From: Girardia tigrina
Taxonomy: Eukaryota
DNA length: 58,886 bases
Assembly (NCBI GenBank): GCA_001938485.1
Contig: MQRK01232061.1
Span: forward strand, 1 to 58,886
Direction of reading: 5' to 3'
Position 1 is the first letter of the stretch, and each line of letters starts with the position of its first letter. The notes beneath the pieces are model-generated. The model ran no database searches. It saw nothing but the letters and a program-made list of their open reading frames with translations, and had not been told where the DNA came from. A program made the position numbers and the translations under genes. Shown piece by piece: positions 1 to 13,558 of the stretch.

Positions 1-451
1 TTTTTTTTGTAAATGATTTTAACATCAGAAAATATAACTTTATTTTTATTTAAACTTTAATTTTTTAACATATTTTCTATTAAGCAAACATAATAACTTT
101 TAAATATTTGGAAAGTTTAAAGTTTTCATTTCATTGTGTTTTAAACAAAATTACCATTTTCAAAAATTAAAGGTTCGGTTATATTCGTTTTCCGTTTTTC
201 GTTAAAGGAGGCTTGTTTGATTATTAATTCAAATTAATATATAGATTTTCTATATATTAAAAAAAACAATATTCAAATATAGTTGATATATTTTTCCCAA
301 GAAATTTTTACTAAATGAATGAAATATTTTGTGTGAATTGTTAATTTGAAAATTTTTTGCAATTTTTCAGTACAATTTTTATCATCATNNNNNNNNNNNN
401 NNNNNNNNNNNNNNNNNNNNNNNNNTTTTAATAAAAAATTTGAACAAAATC

Positions 452-560
452 ATAGGGTATACGCTATTTTTAAGTAAAACCACTAGGTATACGCTATCTA
501 AATTTTAATAGCAGAGGGTATACGGCGTATACCCCCGTATACCCTCCACTACAGCACACA
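452..560. mobile_element. Probable hAT-type element end with repeated GGTATACG motifs
   Basis: Five GGTATACG/CGTATACC copies, including the inverted pair GAGGGTATACG...CGTATACCCTC, ending CCACTACAGCAC; the rest is probably lost in the adjacent gap. Confidence 0.45.
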
Positions 561-1539
561 GTATAATAATATATAAACCTGCATAAAATTGGGACTAAAC
601 TCCAAATATCGGGTAAATTATATATTTAATAAATATTTTATGTCTATGTTTGGGAAAGTCTTTTGAAGACCATTATGATTCCAGTTTGTTAAGCATATCC
701 GCTAATTGAACAATAATCAACCAACAAAATTTTGGGGTTTGAGCTCATGATCGTTCTTGGTCTGCTTAGAAAGCAGAAGACTGTAATCACTCATTCGCAT
801 TTCCTTTCAAAAGACAAATGAGTAAATTTTTCCAAACTTTCAAAACTTCATACATTAATTAAACCACGGAAATTGTAATTCACATAATTATTTGTTCAAA
901 GAATTGTCTGGCACTTGTAATTCCTCTGTTGAGATGGACTAAATATAATTCTTCCATAAGTATTTGTCCCTTAATTTATATTCTTTCTTACATTACGTGC
1001 TCGTTAAATTAAAATTTTATTGAGGAAATAACTTTAATTGAATGTCAAAACAAAAGACTTAAAAAGACAAATATTTATTGGACTGTTATGATTGTCTCTA
1101 TGTAATTTGAGTTTAAGAACACTTTTGGACTATATCTGTGACATATACATATTATATACAATGTTGTATTTTATATAAATTTTGATTTCAATTATGTCAA
1201 AATTCGTACATCAGAGAGACATAGACGTGTATTAGTGAGTACATAGAGTCATGTTGTAAATGTGGTCTTTGAGCATGTATGGCGTATCGGAGTAGTGCTA
1301 ACTGATCTAAAGGATCGATTCTCGATTCTGATTTCAAATTTCTATGAGTGATAATATTTCGAGCCATTGTTGGTCAGACTATATGATCATTTGATGAATG
1401 TACAAAAATGAAATAGTAAAGCTGCTACAATGTTTTATATATGTATGATCATTGCTCAATGATTATTAATCATATAGGATTTATAATAATCTATTTTAAT
1501 TTAATAAATTGTTCACCGGTAATTCTTTTCCAAGTGAAA

Positions 1540-2683
1540 AAAATCAAATAACATTCAGTACTTTTTCACCAATGCCTTGCAAAAGTTCTAAAAAGCTACC
1601 ATCATGTGGTACAGATTATTCCCCAATGACCATAAAGTTTCTTGATACCATAAACGAAGAAGACTGAATCCTTGCTAGAAATCTAACGTTCGATGTCCGC
1701 ATGATTTTCTTCTGCACATTTAAAACTTTTTCCCTTTGAGTACAAACTTCAATGATGAGAAATCTGACGAGGGAAGGTCGTGAGAGTATGGTGGTAATAT
1801 TTCCTTAAGTTTCACCTTTGTAAGAGAAGCGGTGTGGGACGTTGCTTTTTCGGAAAAGAAGTGCAAAGAGTCATCAGTCGTCCTTCTGCTTGGCTTTTTT
1901 ATTTTAATGACCTTCCTTAGATCAAGGATGAGACTTTATTTTTCAGGCGTTATTGTTTGTCACTATGGTAATCTGTCAATGAAATGTACTCTCGGTAATC
2001 AAAAAACATGGTGGTTAAATATTTCTTCAGTGTCATAGTACTTCATATTTCCGTGTGTAGTGCCTCATTGGGACTGTTCCAGGATTTATTGAAAACATAA
2101 CCATGGTTTTCCCAATACACGTGAATCTCATTCCTGTGACAAGTTGGTGTAGAAAGTTGTTGCATAGATATATAACGAATAGTCCGGAGCAAATTTCCAC
2201 TCGTTTTCGCCTCGCGTCATCAGAAAATGAATGTGGTATCCAGGTATGGCACATGAAACATTTCCCAATATTCTTCAGTTGTCTCCACACCGTACCTTGG
2301 TCAACATTCGGTTGAGATGCCATAATCTCTTACTTGGTCTTCTGTGGCCACATATCCCAATCTGAATTTCTCCATTCATTTAGATACGTCGATAAACTCA
2401 CTGTACTTTATCCAATGGTGGTACTTATCTCCTTACACATATATCTGAGGTTGTTGATGGCATCTCCAACAGTAAAAAAATGAGTTTACCGATATCTAGA
2501 TTACTGAATTCAATTGAAACTGTTATATAACGCCAATAAAATGTTAATGACAATTTGGTGGTTAAAAAAAATAAAACATGTTTCATCAATAAAATATATA
2601 CTGAAAAATTAATTGCGAAAATAGACAAACTTTTGCACATAGTGTATTAAAAGTCTCGGAAAAGACTTATCGGTCAACCCTGT
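1540..2683 (-). mobile_element. Degenerate mariner element
   Basis: WIPHSFSD..RKRVEIC..FLHQLVTG (WVPHEL-like) in ORF 2033..2323; PPYSHDLPSSDF near 1760-1800; TIR-like TA|CAGGGTTGACCGATAAGTCTTT at the right end. Confidence 0.8.
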
Positions 2684-2759
2684 ATAATAAAGACTTATCG
2701 AATTAGAGATGCTATGAGCATCTTTAAGAAGAATAATGAAGACAAAGATTCATTTATTC

Positions 2760-3586
2760 TCGTATAAAGGGTAAATTAAGCACTTTATACCCGAAACCAA
2801 CATTTAGAAGCGATTTGAATTCGCAAATCAACACATCAACATCAACGAGGCAGAGGAAATCGACTTGGCATCAATTTGGTTTTCCGACGAGGCGTAATTT
2901 TACCTCTCGGGTTATGTTAATAAACAAAACTGTCGGTATCTCGGCACCAAAAATCCTCACATCGCTATCGCTTAGCCGCTACATCCCACAAAAGTCACAG
3001 TATGGTGTGCACTTTCATCATACGGAATAATTGGGCCTCACTACTTCACCAGCACCATCACATCCCAAGAATATAAGAAAGTTTTAGAGGAATATTTTAT
3101 TCCTATTGTAGAAGGAATGAAGAAATTGAACCACTGCTGGTTCATGCAAAAAGGTGCTCGGCCCAATCGAACACAAGATGTATTCACCTGGATTAATCAG
3201 CATTTTGCTCATCGAATCATCGAATTAGATGCGGAGAAACATGCTGGCCAAGGCATCGATTGGCCTCTTTATTCTCCCGACCTTAATTTCTCCCGTCCTT
3301 TGGATTTTTTCTTATGGGGATATCTGAAGGATAAAATCTACAGGCAACCTCCAAAAAACTTGGAGGAATTAAAAACGGCCATTGAAAGAGAAATTGATGC
3401 CATAGGCGACAAAATGCTTGGAAATGTTGTTGAAGAGTTCGAAAAACGGCTTCAACATGTAGTCCAAGCATCGGGGAAGGCATTCGAACACCTAATTTGT
3501 TAATTTATTAATTAATAAAACGTTTAAAAATGAAAAATTTCTAGAATTATTTTTTTAGCTTTCGGCGCTTTTTTTGGCCACCCCTG
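2760..3586 (+). mobile_element. 3' part of a rosa/DD41D-related Tc1/mariner transposase pseudogene with right TIR
   Basis: IWFSDEA near 2875, WFMQKGARP...WPLYSPDLN...PLDFFLWGYLKDKIY in ORF 3117..3503; end TTTGGCCACCCCTG|TA. Confidence 0.85.
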
Positions 3587-3936
3587 TATATTTAAAAATT
3601 TTAATTTCAATTTTTCTTTTTTTTATTTTATATTTACATCTTGAACAAATAATATTTTTGTAAATAAAAATTTTCTTTACTAGTATCATAAATTTATTAT
3701 TTTGAATAGTTAAATTTTATTCTGTAAGTTTATAAAAGTAAAATAATGTATTTATATTTAATAATATAATAATAATATTTATAAGTAAAACCAGTTAAAA
3801 CAATAATTTGGTTATCCTTTGTAGATTAAAACAAATTTTAATAAGTTTAAGTTTAAAATTTGAAAATAATTAGTAAAATTATTTTTATGAGTGAAATTAA
3901 ATTTTAAATAAATTGGTAAATTATTCATTATTAAAA

Positions 3937-5153
3937 TCTATATTATAAAAGCCCAAGTCACTCACTGCTTCACTAACGCTGACGTAATTTGGCAATAAAA
4001 AACTGAAAATAATTATTCGAACCTCAAATCGATTAATATGAGTAATTTTACCGATTCTGAAAAAACACATTTCGATTTTAATATTGATTATTTTAGTAAT
4101 GATAGAAAACTTTCGGACAATTCAAATGAAAAAAATACAAAGTTAAATTAAAAATTATTTGAAAATATTGAAAAAATAAAAATAAATGAAAAACAATAAT
4201 AAAAAATAAAATATAAATGTTAAAAAAAATATCCTGAAAATAATAATAAATTTAAAATAAAAATTAAAATAATTGAAAAANNNNNNNNNNNNNNNNNNNN
4301 NNNNNNNNNNNNNNNNNNNNNNNNNNNNNNNNNNNNNNNNNNNNNNNNNNNNNNNNNNNNNNNNNNNNNNNNNNNNNNNNNNNNNNNNNNNNNNNNNNNN
4401 NNNNNNNNNNNNNNNNNNNNNNNNNNNNNNNNNNNNNNNNNNNNNNNNNNNNNNNNNNNNNNNNNNNNNNNNNNNNNNNNNNNNNNNNNNNNNNNNNNNN
4501 NNNNNNNNNNNNNNNNNNNNNNNNNNNNNNNNNNNNNNNNNNNNNNNNNNNNNNNNNNNNNNNNNNNNNNNNNNNNNNNNNNNNNNNNNNNNNNNNNNNN
4601 NNNNNNNNNNNNNNNNNNNNNNNNNNNNNNNNNNNNNNNNNNNNNNNNNNNNNNNNNNNNNNNNNNNNNNNNNNNNNNNNNNNNNNNNNNNNNNNNNNNN
4701 NNNNNNNNNNNNNNNNNNNNNNNNNNNNNNNNNNNNNNNNNNNNNNNNNNNNNNNNNNNNNNNNNNNNNNNNNNNNNNNNNNNNNNNNNNNNNNNNNNNN
4801 NNNNNNNNNNNNNNNNNNNNNNNNNNNNNNNNNNNNNNNNNNNNNNNNNNNNNNNNNNNNNNNNNNNNNNNNNNNNNNNNNNNNNNNNNNNNNNNNNNNN
4901 NNNNNNNNNNNNNNNNNNNNNNNNNNNNNNNNNNNNNNNNNNNNNNNNNNNNNNNNNNNNNNNNNNNNNNNNNNNNNNNNNNNNNNNNNNNNNNNNACAA
5001 TCATTTCTTTATTGATTATAAAATCATTTCAAAAATTTACCTTACAGCGTTAGTGAGGCAGTGAGGTAGGCAGTGAGTGACTTGGGCTTTTATAATATAA
5101 AAAAAATTGAACCCCACGCAAGAGAGGGCCGCGAAGCGGGCCGAGCGCGCTAG
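3937..5153 (+). mobile_element. Non-autonomous Helitron spanning an assembly gap
   Basis: A|TCTATATTATAAAAG 5' end; 3' hairpin CCGC-GAA-GCGG followed by CTAG|T; A-T target site with no TSD. Confidence 0.75.
4281..4997. other. Assembly gap (other gaps at 389-425, 26275-26324, 46695-46744)
   Basis: Runs of N. Confidence 1.
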
Positions 5154-5380
5154 TTTATTATATTTAATATTGTAATATATTTCAATATATGTTTTAATAT
5201 ATTATAATATATTTTAAAGAAATTTATAATATTGATAAATTTAGACTTAAATTTTTAAATATTTATATCTTTTAACCTATAATAATCTGCATATCTTCAT
5301 AATCTTCATTTGTTGATTTTTTAGGAAACCTCTTTTTTAAAATTATGATTTAAATACGATTTGTGGATTTTGCTGAATTA

Positions 5381-6568
5381 TAATGATGAACAAAAGTTCT
5401 TGCCGATTAACCCCTTTACCGTGGAAAATTTTTTTTATCATCCGCTGTTGAATTGGCTGTTAGTTTAGCCTACCTCTCTACATTGTTATTGATTTCCAAT
5501 GCTTTTTTTGTATCAGGACGAGTTAACTCGGAACGCACGGCACACAGACGACTTTTATATATCTGAAGACGAGTTAACTCGTGATGTACGGTTAAGACCA
5601 AGATTTCATATGACGAGTTAACTCGTGACACACGGTAAAGGGGTTAAAAAAATTTCGACATATTTTTACAACATCTAAAAAACAATCAAAATTAAAAATA
5701 AAGACCATTTGAATCAATGGCTCTATTTGTATCAATCCTTCTATCACTAAATTGGTCAAACCTGTTGAAGTACCATTCTTTGATTTTAGAGACAAAAACT
5801 TCAGGCACCCCTTGTTGACCTCCTCCTGTTTGTTGAAGTGTGACCCCGGAGAAGGGCATCATGATCGGAAAAGATGATATTCGGATAATTCAAGGTTTGT
5901 ACTATAAACTGAATGTTGAAGAATTTCGATGGATTCAAGATTTTGTATATTTTCTTGGGTTTGCCTGGTGGTGGGAGGTTTTCCATTGTCTTGTTGCAGA
6001 AGTACTCTCTTTCGATTGACCAAAAAAGCATATGTTTAGGTAATTGATTCATCCGATCAAATATTGTGCAATGTAGGTCGAAGTCGATAGATTCACCATT
6101 TGGAAGTGGCTCAAAGTGAATTACACCTTCGAAATTTGACTAAATGCTCAAAAGTGTCAACCTTCAGATTTGATCACGTTTTGCTACTGGTTTCATCATT
6201 TGTTCGGGATCTAATAATTGTTTTTTTTGTCTTTATTGTTAAAACATTTCCAATAGTAACAATTCTGCTGAAAATAGTTCATCACGTGGATTTTGCAGCA
6301 GTTTATTCATTGAGCATGAAATTCAGTCGATTCACAAGGAACCTCTTTGCCATGCATATTGACTTTTCTAGTATCGTAAAATTGCACCACAATTAATGTA
6401 TGTGGAATGTTGAGTTCGGAGGACAATGTACGAGTTGTCGTTGGTGAATTTGTTTCGATGGCTTCACGAATTATGGTACTTAACTGATGCACATAAAATA
6501 TTTTTATTTAGTAGAAAACAATTAGACCTAAATAGAAAAAATCTGAAAGAACTTTTGGTTCATCAGAA
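5381..6568 (-). mobile_element. Degenerate mariner related to the 22360 family, with a nested piggyBac MITE
   Basis: TIRs TA|TAATGATGAACAAAAGTTCTTG and GAAAGAACTTTTGGTTCATCAGAA|TA; IREAIETNSPTTTRTLSSELNIP matches IREAVETNPS..LSAELDIP of the 22360 copy. Confidence 0.8.
5411..5643. mobile_element. piggyBac-type MITE (233 bp)
   Basis: Perfect 13-bp TIR CCCCTTTACCGTG/CACGGTAAAGGGG, TTAA on both sides, three internal CGAGTTAACTCG palindromes. Confidence 0.92.
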
Positions 6569-6590
6569 TAATAAATGTTCATTATATCAA

Positions 6591-8222
6591 CAGTGCTGTG
6601 CAAAGGTTTACGGTCAAACTAGAAAAACATGATTTTGCTTATATTTTACCCAAAGTGTTCACACAATACTGTTTTATGGTTCAAAATTACTTGTAAATTT
6701 TATCTAACAGTACTCTGTAACATCTGTAAGCCGCTGCTGCGCACGCAAACATCTGTCAACCGCATGAATCATAGACAAAGATGGATACGAAATTAGTCCA
6801 AATTTGACCGACATTGATTACATGCGGTTGACATGAGTTTCGTTCATTGTTCTGTTAGTGCTAGTGCACAGCAGAGTTAATAATGAATGTGTTATTGTCT
6901 AGCAACATTTACCTTGCAGATTATAGCTGTACATGCAGATAGTGCTTTTGTGGGCACCCTGTCTATGTGTACGTCCGCAAAGCACCTCATATAACTTACT
7001 CTTTTTCGTTCTCTCTAAGTTGCCTACCATGCAATATTGAGTCACTGGAAAAATGTTGTGGGAGATTCATTGAACATATAAAAGGCTCACGTGCATTAGT
7101 CAGTAGTATTTTGCTCATAATGAGACGCAAGCAAGAATTTATTTCATCAATGGTCGCTCCAATGGTCACTAATAGCGATTTAGGACTGCGCAAAGAGCAA
7201 CAGCCTTTCGTCTCCGTGTCAGCCAACAATATGTACAGTAGTGTCTTGCTCGGTATGATGTTACTGGAACATATGAGGCCAGGTCTCGCTCTGGAAGACC
7301 ACAATGTACCACTTCAGCCACATACCACATGAAACATCGCCAAGCTGTGGCTAAGCCCACAGCCTCATCAACCGTAATCGCAGCTCAACTTCCACCGGAT
7401 GTCACTCCAAGCACCAGTACGATCTACCAACGTCTCCTACATTATTTCAATCTTCCTGAGGCCCCACTTGCCTCACAACCACTGCTCAGTTCAAAAACAT
7501 CAGAGATTGATTGAAATTTGCTAAAAAGTATTGTCATTACAAGAGAAGCTGATTGGTCTCGAGTGATGTTTTCTGACGAATCTACCATCTAGCAGTTTTC
7601 ATCAAACAAGCAGCTTATTTGACGTCCTCAAGGGAAGTGTTATTCATCGTGCTATATACAGCCGGTGGTGAAACATTCAGTGTCACAGATGGTTTGGGGG
7701 CCATTTCTCTGAACGGTCATGATCCCCTATGCATGCTACTACCAAAACCCACTATGAATGCGGTAAAATACCTCGGCATACTGTAGGAGCACCTTCGTGG
7801 AGCAACGCGTCATAACGGCCACATTAATTTCCAACAATATGGAGCTCCAGTTCACACTGCATACGTTGTACCTGGCAACTCACCAGACCTCAATCCAATC
7901 GAACACTGTTGGTCAGTCTTGAAGCGCGAGTTTGATATTCGCAATCCCACTTCTCATGCCGATCTAAAATAAAAAATTCGGCCTGTCTGGACAGAAGATA
8001 TTTTTACAGGATTGTGTAGCAAATTAGTTAAATCCATGCCTGAGCGAATTATGGCTGTTCTTGTGGCTAATGGAAAATCTACGCGCTATTGTCTGCTTTT
8101 GTATTGTTACAATGAGATCTAAGGTGATATTAGATCAATAACTTTCATCGGATTTCCACTGTTGGTGTTTTTAAAGCAAAATCATGTTTTTCTAGTTTGA
8201 CGTAAAATTCTGCACTGCGCTG
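6591..8222 (+). mobile_element. Full-length degenerate Tc1 element
   Basis: ~50-bp TIRs (CAGTGCTGTGCA...TCAAACTAGAAAAACATGATTTTGCTT and its reverse complement); transposase motifs WSRVMFSDES, FQQYGAPVH and PGNSPDLNPIEHCW, broken by stops and frameshifts. Confidence 0.9.
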
Positions 8223-9129
8223 TAGTTATTATATCTGCAATATATAGTAATTGTACTCCAACATATCGACATAAAAATTGTGTAATTTTCTGAAGATTTT
8301 ACCATGCCTGATTGTTTGTTAATTTATTCATTTTTAATTGATCCGGATTGAGCAAATTATTTGGAATCATTCTCAAATTTGAAAGAAAGAAAGAAATTAA
8401 CGTTAACAAGACATTTTTAACTAAGCCTTTGAAGATCAACTACTCTGTAACATCGAATTCTGAATACTAAATTTTTCTTCAAGAAGTTGAATAAACAATG
8501 TTGAACTTTGACCACCGTATTGCTGTATTCATTCATGTATGAAGCATAACATTACATGATAAATTATAATAATTATTGAATATCAATCATTGAGTTTTGT
8601 ATACAAAGATTATCACATGTGCATTATTTCCTCGTGCTTGAGAATTCAATAATTTTGTGTACTGTTTGTTTTTGTCATTCTCATGTTTTCTGAGACACGC
8701 CCCAAGTTCAAGATAGGTAATCAAGTCTTTGCAAAACCAGGAGGAACTGGATGACACTGGGAGATTGTGGCGCGAGCTAACCTTGGAAGTACAATCATGT
8801 GACATTTAATGCCAGGCATGTGAAAAATTTGTGGCAAGTATTATTATAGGTGCCAACATGTAAATATTGAAGAAGCATTGAAATGCGTTGATTAATACAA
8901 ATTTGTAGACAGAGAGCTAGTGGACTCGGAATACCATTTTTATTACCACCCAAACCACAAAGATTTCTAAGATTACTTGGTTGGCTCAGGTGCAATGTAA
9001 TAAATGACGATGAATTCATAGGGGTGCGTTATAATAATAATAGCACAACTCCATTCCCTTTTTTACTTTTGGGCGTTTTTCTGAATCGATATACTTAATT
9101 CATCAAGTTTGGAGCAGTATTTGACTGAA

Positions 9130-9876
9130 TTAATCATCTGGCTTTTTTGTACAAAATTCATTTGAAATCCCATCACACACGGAAGATGACTTTCTTCGGT
9201 TGAAAACCGGATTTGGAAATGACTAATGGGGTTCATTTTGCTTACACCTAAATCCTTTTCGGTTCACATTGTCATATGCGATCCATTTTTGATCACCCGA
9301 AATTATTTGTTTCAAAGACGGTACACTTTCGTTGCATTTGAAAAGCGAATCTCAAATGGATATTCTATCAATCAGATGTTTTTGCTCAGATTATGAGGAA
9401 CTGATATATCATAGAGATTCGCGTAATTGAGTTTTACTAAAAGCTGATAAGTGGTGGTTTTCGATATTTTCACGCGTCTAGTAGTGGGGATCGGTCACGA
9501 TCAGATTCTTGAGTTGGTCACCATCAGCGTTGGAGGGTCTGAGCACTTGGTCTTTGAGATTGAAATCACCTGCTCTGAACTTAGAGAACCACTTGCAAAC
9601 TGTTTCCTCTGCTAAAGCATGTTCTCCAAAAACAGCACATATCTTGTATCAAGCTGGATTATCATTCTTGTCCTTCTTGAAATAGAATAGGATCACGTGT
9701 CGAAAATGCTCCTTGCTTTCTTCCATTTTCAAATCGGTGGGTAGAAGATACAAATCAACTAAGAAAAACCTTTTTTTAAGGCTGCGTCAGATTATCACTC
9801 TTCCTCATATATATTCTGGCACATGTCAGTACCATATTTAGACAATCGGTACGAACTTTTCAGACAACTCCATATT
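9130..9876 (-). mobile_element. 5' half of a mariner element
   Basis: MEESKEHFRHVILF...ETVCKWFSKFRAGDFNLKD and QIISGDQKWIAYDNVNRK; TIR-like end GAGTTGTCTGAAAAGTTCGTACCG. Confidence 0.85.
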
Positions 9877-10889
9877 AATAAAATCTAGAATAAATGTTGG
9901 ATTTATAACATGAATATTTTATCTTTTATATTTTTATATTCATGATTTTGTGTTCATTATTTTCTCTTACAGAGCGAACAAGAATTGCAAAAGATCCCCG
10001 AAAATTCATCTTAAAAGGTTCATGGTTCTACTTCTAGTCCAAGAAAACAAAAAGACAAAAATATTTTCGAATTGTAAATTCTGTATATTTTAAACGACTT
10101 TTATTTCAAAAATTTAATTTAACGTTACACGAAGATGTAATTTATATATCTTCAGAAAGCCTTAAATTGAAAATGTTTCAAGTTGTGGACAAATAAAAAA
10201 GAAAGGAAAAACTAAAATAAATTGTGATTATCGAAATTACTTCCTCAAAGATCTTCAGAACTTTTTCGTCATCAAAAAAGCAATGGACAAAATTAAAAAA
10301 AAGTCTGATGTATGATTAATATAATTTCCATCTGTATCATTTATTTATTCTTTTCTTCTTCTTTGTTCTTGTTGTGGAAGATACAAATTATTCTATTGAA
10401 AATATTTAAACCACGTTTGTAAAGAATATAAATTCTTCAATACATTAAGATTGAACATGTTTCCTTATATTATGTTATTTCTATTATATTAAATGTCTGA
10501 TTTTGTCCGGTATTGATAGAGATGGGAATGTTGGTTATATTATACTGATATATCATATTGTAGTCATATTATTTGTATAACTGACGAATTAGTTTATATC
10601 AATGTTTATCATCTATTTTGTTAATTATCCCTGCTTACAAGATTCCTTAATGGAAAAATGCTTTTTTATATTTAATAATAAATTATATTCTTAATTTTAA
10701 TTTTAAAAATAAATTTTATCGCTAAAATTTTTGATAATCTTCTTAATATCTCATCAGAAATAAAATTTGTCTTAGATTTTGAACTGAGAGCTGCCAGGAA
10801 AGCCTTTCAGAAAAGGCTCTATGATGAACACAAAGAATCATATAACGCCACAATTTTAAAACTGGATGAATCATTCAATAGTTTAAATT

Positions 10890-12409
10890 ACAGTAGGGAG
10901 CATATTAATCCGGGCAGCATATAAATTAATCACTTTTTGCACAGGAGATAAATACAACAAACAACGTGTATTTAACTGCAGCGATTAGCAATAAAAACAG
11001 CACAAAAGATGCAAGAGCGTCGTTAAGATGTGGTATGACCACCTTTTCTTAAATCTGAGCCCTTATTCAATCCGACATTCCTGCCACCAATTTTCGTGTA
11101 GTTTCCGTGAGTTGTCTGGAGACCTCATTGTCACAGACACACAGATGTTTAGTATCTCATTAATGAGAACTTATCGGTTTGTATTTGTTTTCTTACGCAA
11201 CTTGTTCTTCAGAACGGCCAAAAGCGTCTCTTAGGGTTTCATGTCGGGTGAATTGGACGGCCATTGCAGAACAACCAAGATGTCGTCTGTCATCACCCGC
11301 TTTACCGCTTTTGATGTGTGGCAGGAGGTGTTATCCTTTTGGAATACTCAGTTATCGGGATACTATTCATCCGCATGGGGTATAAAACGGCTCCGCAAGA
11401 CGTTGATATCCTGTTTGGAATTCATCGTGCCAGTCACTACATGAATGCAACTGAAACCGTGATGGCTCATCTAGACCCATATCATGACTTTTTGAAGCCA
11501 TTTCTGAGATTGAGACATGCAAAGTGATTATACGGGCTCAGCACCAGGCTGCACTAACCGTTCCTGAGCCAATTGCGCTTTGAACGTTGATTCATTGCTG
11601 AACATCCTTATTCACCTATGGAACAAAAGTTAATTGTGGTTTCTGGAAATAAAGTTACACAAGTTAGTAATTTTCCTACACTTTTACACTTGATGCTGTA
11701 ATTGCGAAAAGGAACTCACTTTTTGTTATTGCACGGCCGTCCAATCTTTGTGCGCTCTAGCCCAAGCTAAACGCGCATATCGCATCTTTGCGATCAAAAG
11801 CGACTTTTTTATGGGTTTTGACACAAATCTATCACTTTCGTTTAAGCGTTTAAGATCTCTTGAAACTGCCTTCTTGATGTCCACAGCTGTGAGACGAGGA
11901 TTCTTCATACTTGTTCTGAGGATATTGCGATCATGTTGAAGCATCAAAAGTCTTCTACGGGCGCAGCGCCCCTTCGCGCCGACAAAGTCGAGCCTGTTGT
12001 CGTAAACCGTTTGATTATGTCACCAACCGTTGACCTTTGGTTTTGCTGCTGATTTACCGGATTGAGAGCTTAGCGTCTTGATAAAGAGTGATTACACTAT
12101 CACATTTTGATTGTGGTGTTTCCATTCGTTGTATTCCTCTAAAAATAATTTTGACGCACGATAAATCAGCAATGAGTAAAGAATGAGGGTGAGAATTCAC
12201 TGGCAAGCATACCGTAGATGTGCCGAGGCAGGCAAGCGTATAGTACGGTATATTAACTGCGTTATAGTGAGCATCATATCTGCAGACACACAAATACACA
12301 AGAATGCGAACTTTCAGTGCATGGGCACACTTCGGTTTCCCAGTCAGAAAGGACCAGTCATGACCCTTCGTACTGGATACATACTAAATGTTGCACCACC
12401 TGATTACTG
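10890..12409 (-). mobile_element. Degenerate Tc1 (DD34E) element with a putative intron in the transposase
   Basis: TA|CAGTA at both ends; RYARLAWARAHKDWT, MFSNESTF and FQKDNTSCH-...-WPSNSPDMKP*E with 34 residues between D and E. Confidence 0.85.
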
Positions 12410-13558
12410 TAGTTTACGATTGTTGTAACACATTTTCAAAAGTATTCGATTCGGATCATTTGACAAGTTTGCTGAAGTATTTCTGTGTATCTTTTGATTT
12501 GAAAGTACCACAATAATACTTTCAACAATTTCTGTCTCTTACTGACCGATGGCAGCAGGTTGTGTAACATGATGAACCGTACTTTGAGGAACTTTGTTTT
12601 AAAAATTAGTTGTTAATAAGTATTTGTTTTAATAAGGGTAATTTAAGGAAGGAAAGATAATTTTTCGTAGCAGCAACGGAACCTTGTGAATCGAAGATCA
12701 TCAAACGTTCGGTCTGAAGAAGGCTGTTGCAATGGCCTTCTCCCTGAATGAAAGCAAGATTGCTTCGGGAGACTTAATATTGACGAGGATCCACGTATCT
12801 ATAGAACCTCGATACTGGGTATAATAATGATAGAACACTGTCATGATTTTCAGTATGTATTTATTTCTTTAACGTTATTGTCAATTATGTAGAAGCGTAT
12901 AGACCCAATAATAGCCACTCTTTACTATGCATTACAGTTGTAACTGAATTATCTAAAGGTTAGTAAAAAATTAACTACTTTTAGGATGCTAGAGATTACT
13001 AAGGGTCTAGTCATGTCATAATAAAACCTTAAACAGATCATATAGTGTTGACTATAGTTATTGTGGAATGATTAATTGTATTTGTGGACATTAGAGGAAC
13101 GCCATTGTCTTATAGACTTATTTCATTTCTTTTCAATTAGGAATGCTCACTACCCTTTTAAAATATTTAAACGTTAATTATTTACATGGTGCTTTACCAA
13201 AGGTCCCTCGAGATAAATGACTTGCACATAGGAAGTAAAATATTTTATTCATGAGTTTAATTGATGGTGAAACACGCAAACTACGATGTTGTCAAACTGA
13301 ACGAAGTCAATCAACGAGAAATGTCAAAGGAAAAACAAACCACATAGCATGAATATACAATGTACGTTTATTTACATATTTAATTTCTAAACAAGTAAAG
13401 TTTAATTTAAAATAAATATTATTTCAAAATTTACCGATTCCCAGACTCTTACTTTAGCCTTGAACTGATAGGCAATTTAATCACCAGGGACAAGGATCTT
13501 GCAGGCGGTATGTTGAAATGCTTTACTTTTCAAAGAATTTTATGAAGTCATAAAATTT

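Noticed and set aside
1275-1340. tRNA or tRNA-derived SINE (A- and B-box-like motifs)
   Set aside because: The boxes are too degenerate and there is no cloverleaf.
4155-5064. Three long ORFs of 246-281 aa
   Set aside because: They are artefacts of translating through the N gap.
8600-9100. Possible non-LTR endonuclease relic (KKGNGVVLLL on the minus strand)
   Set aside because: It is a single weak motif with no supporting domains.
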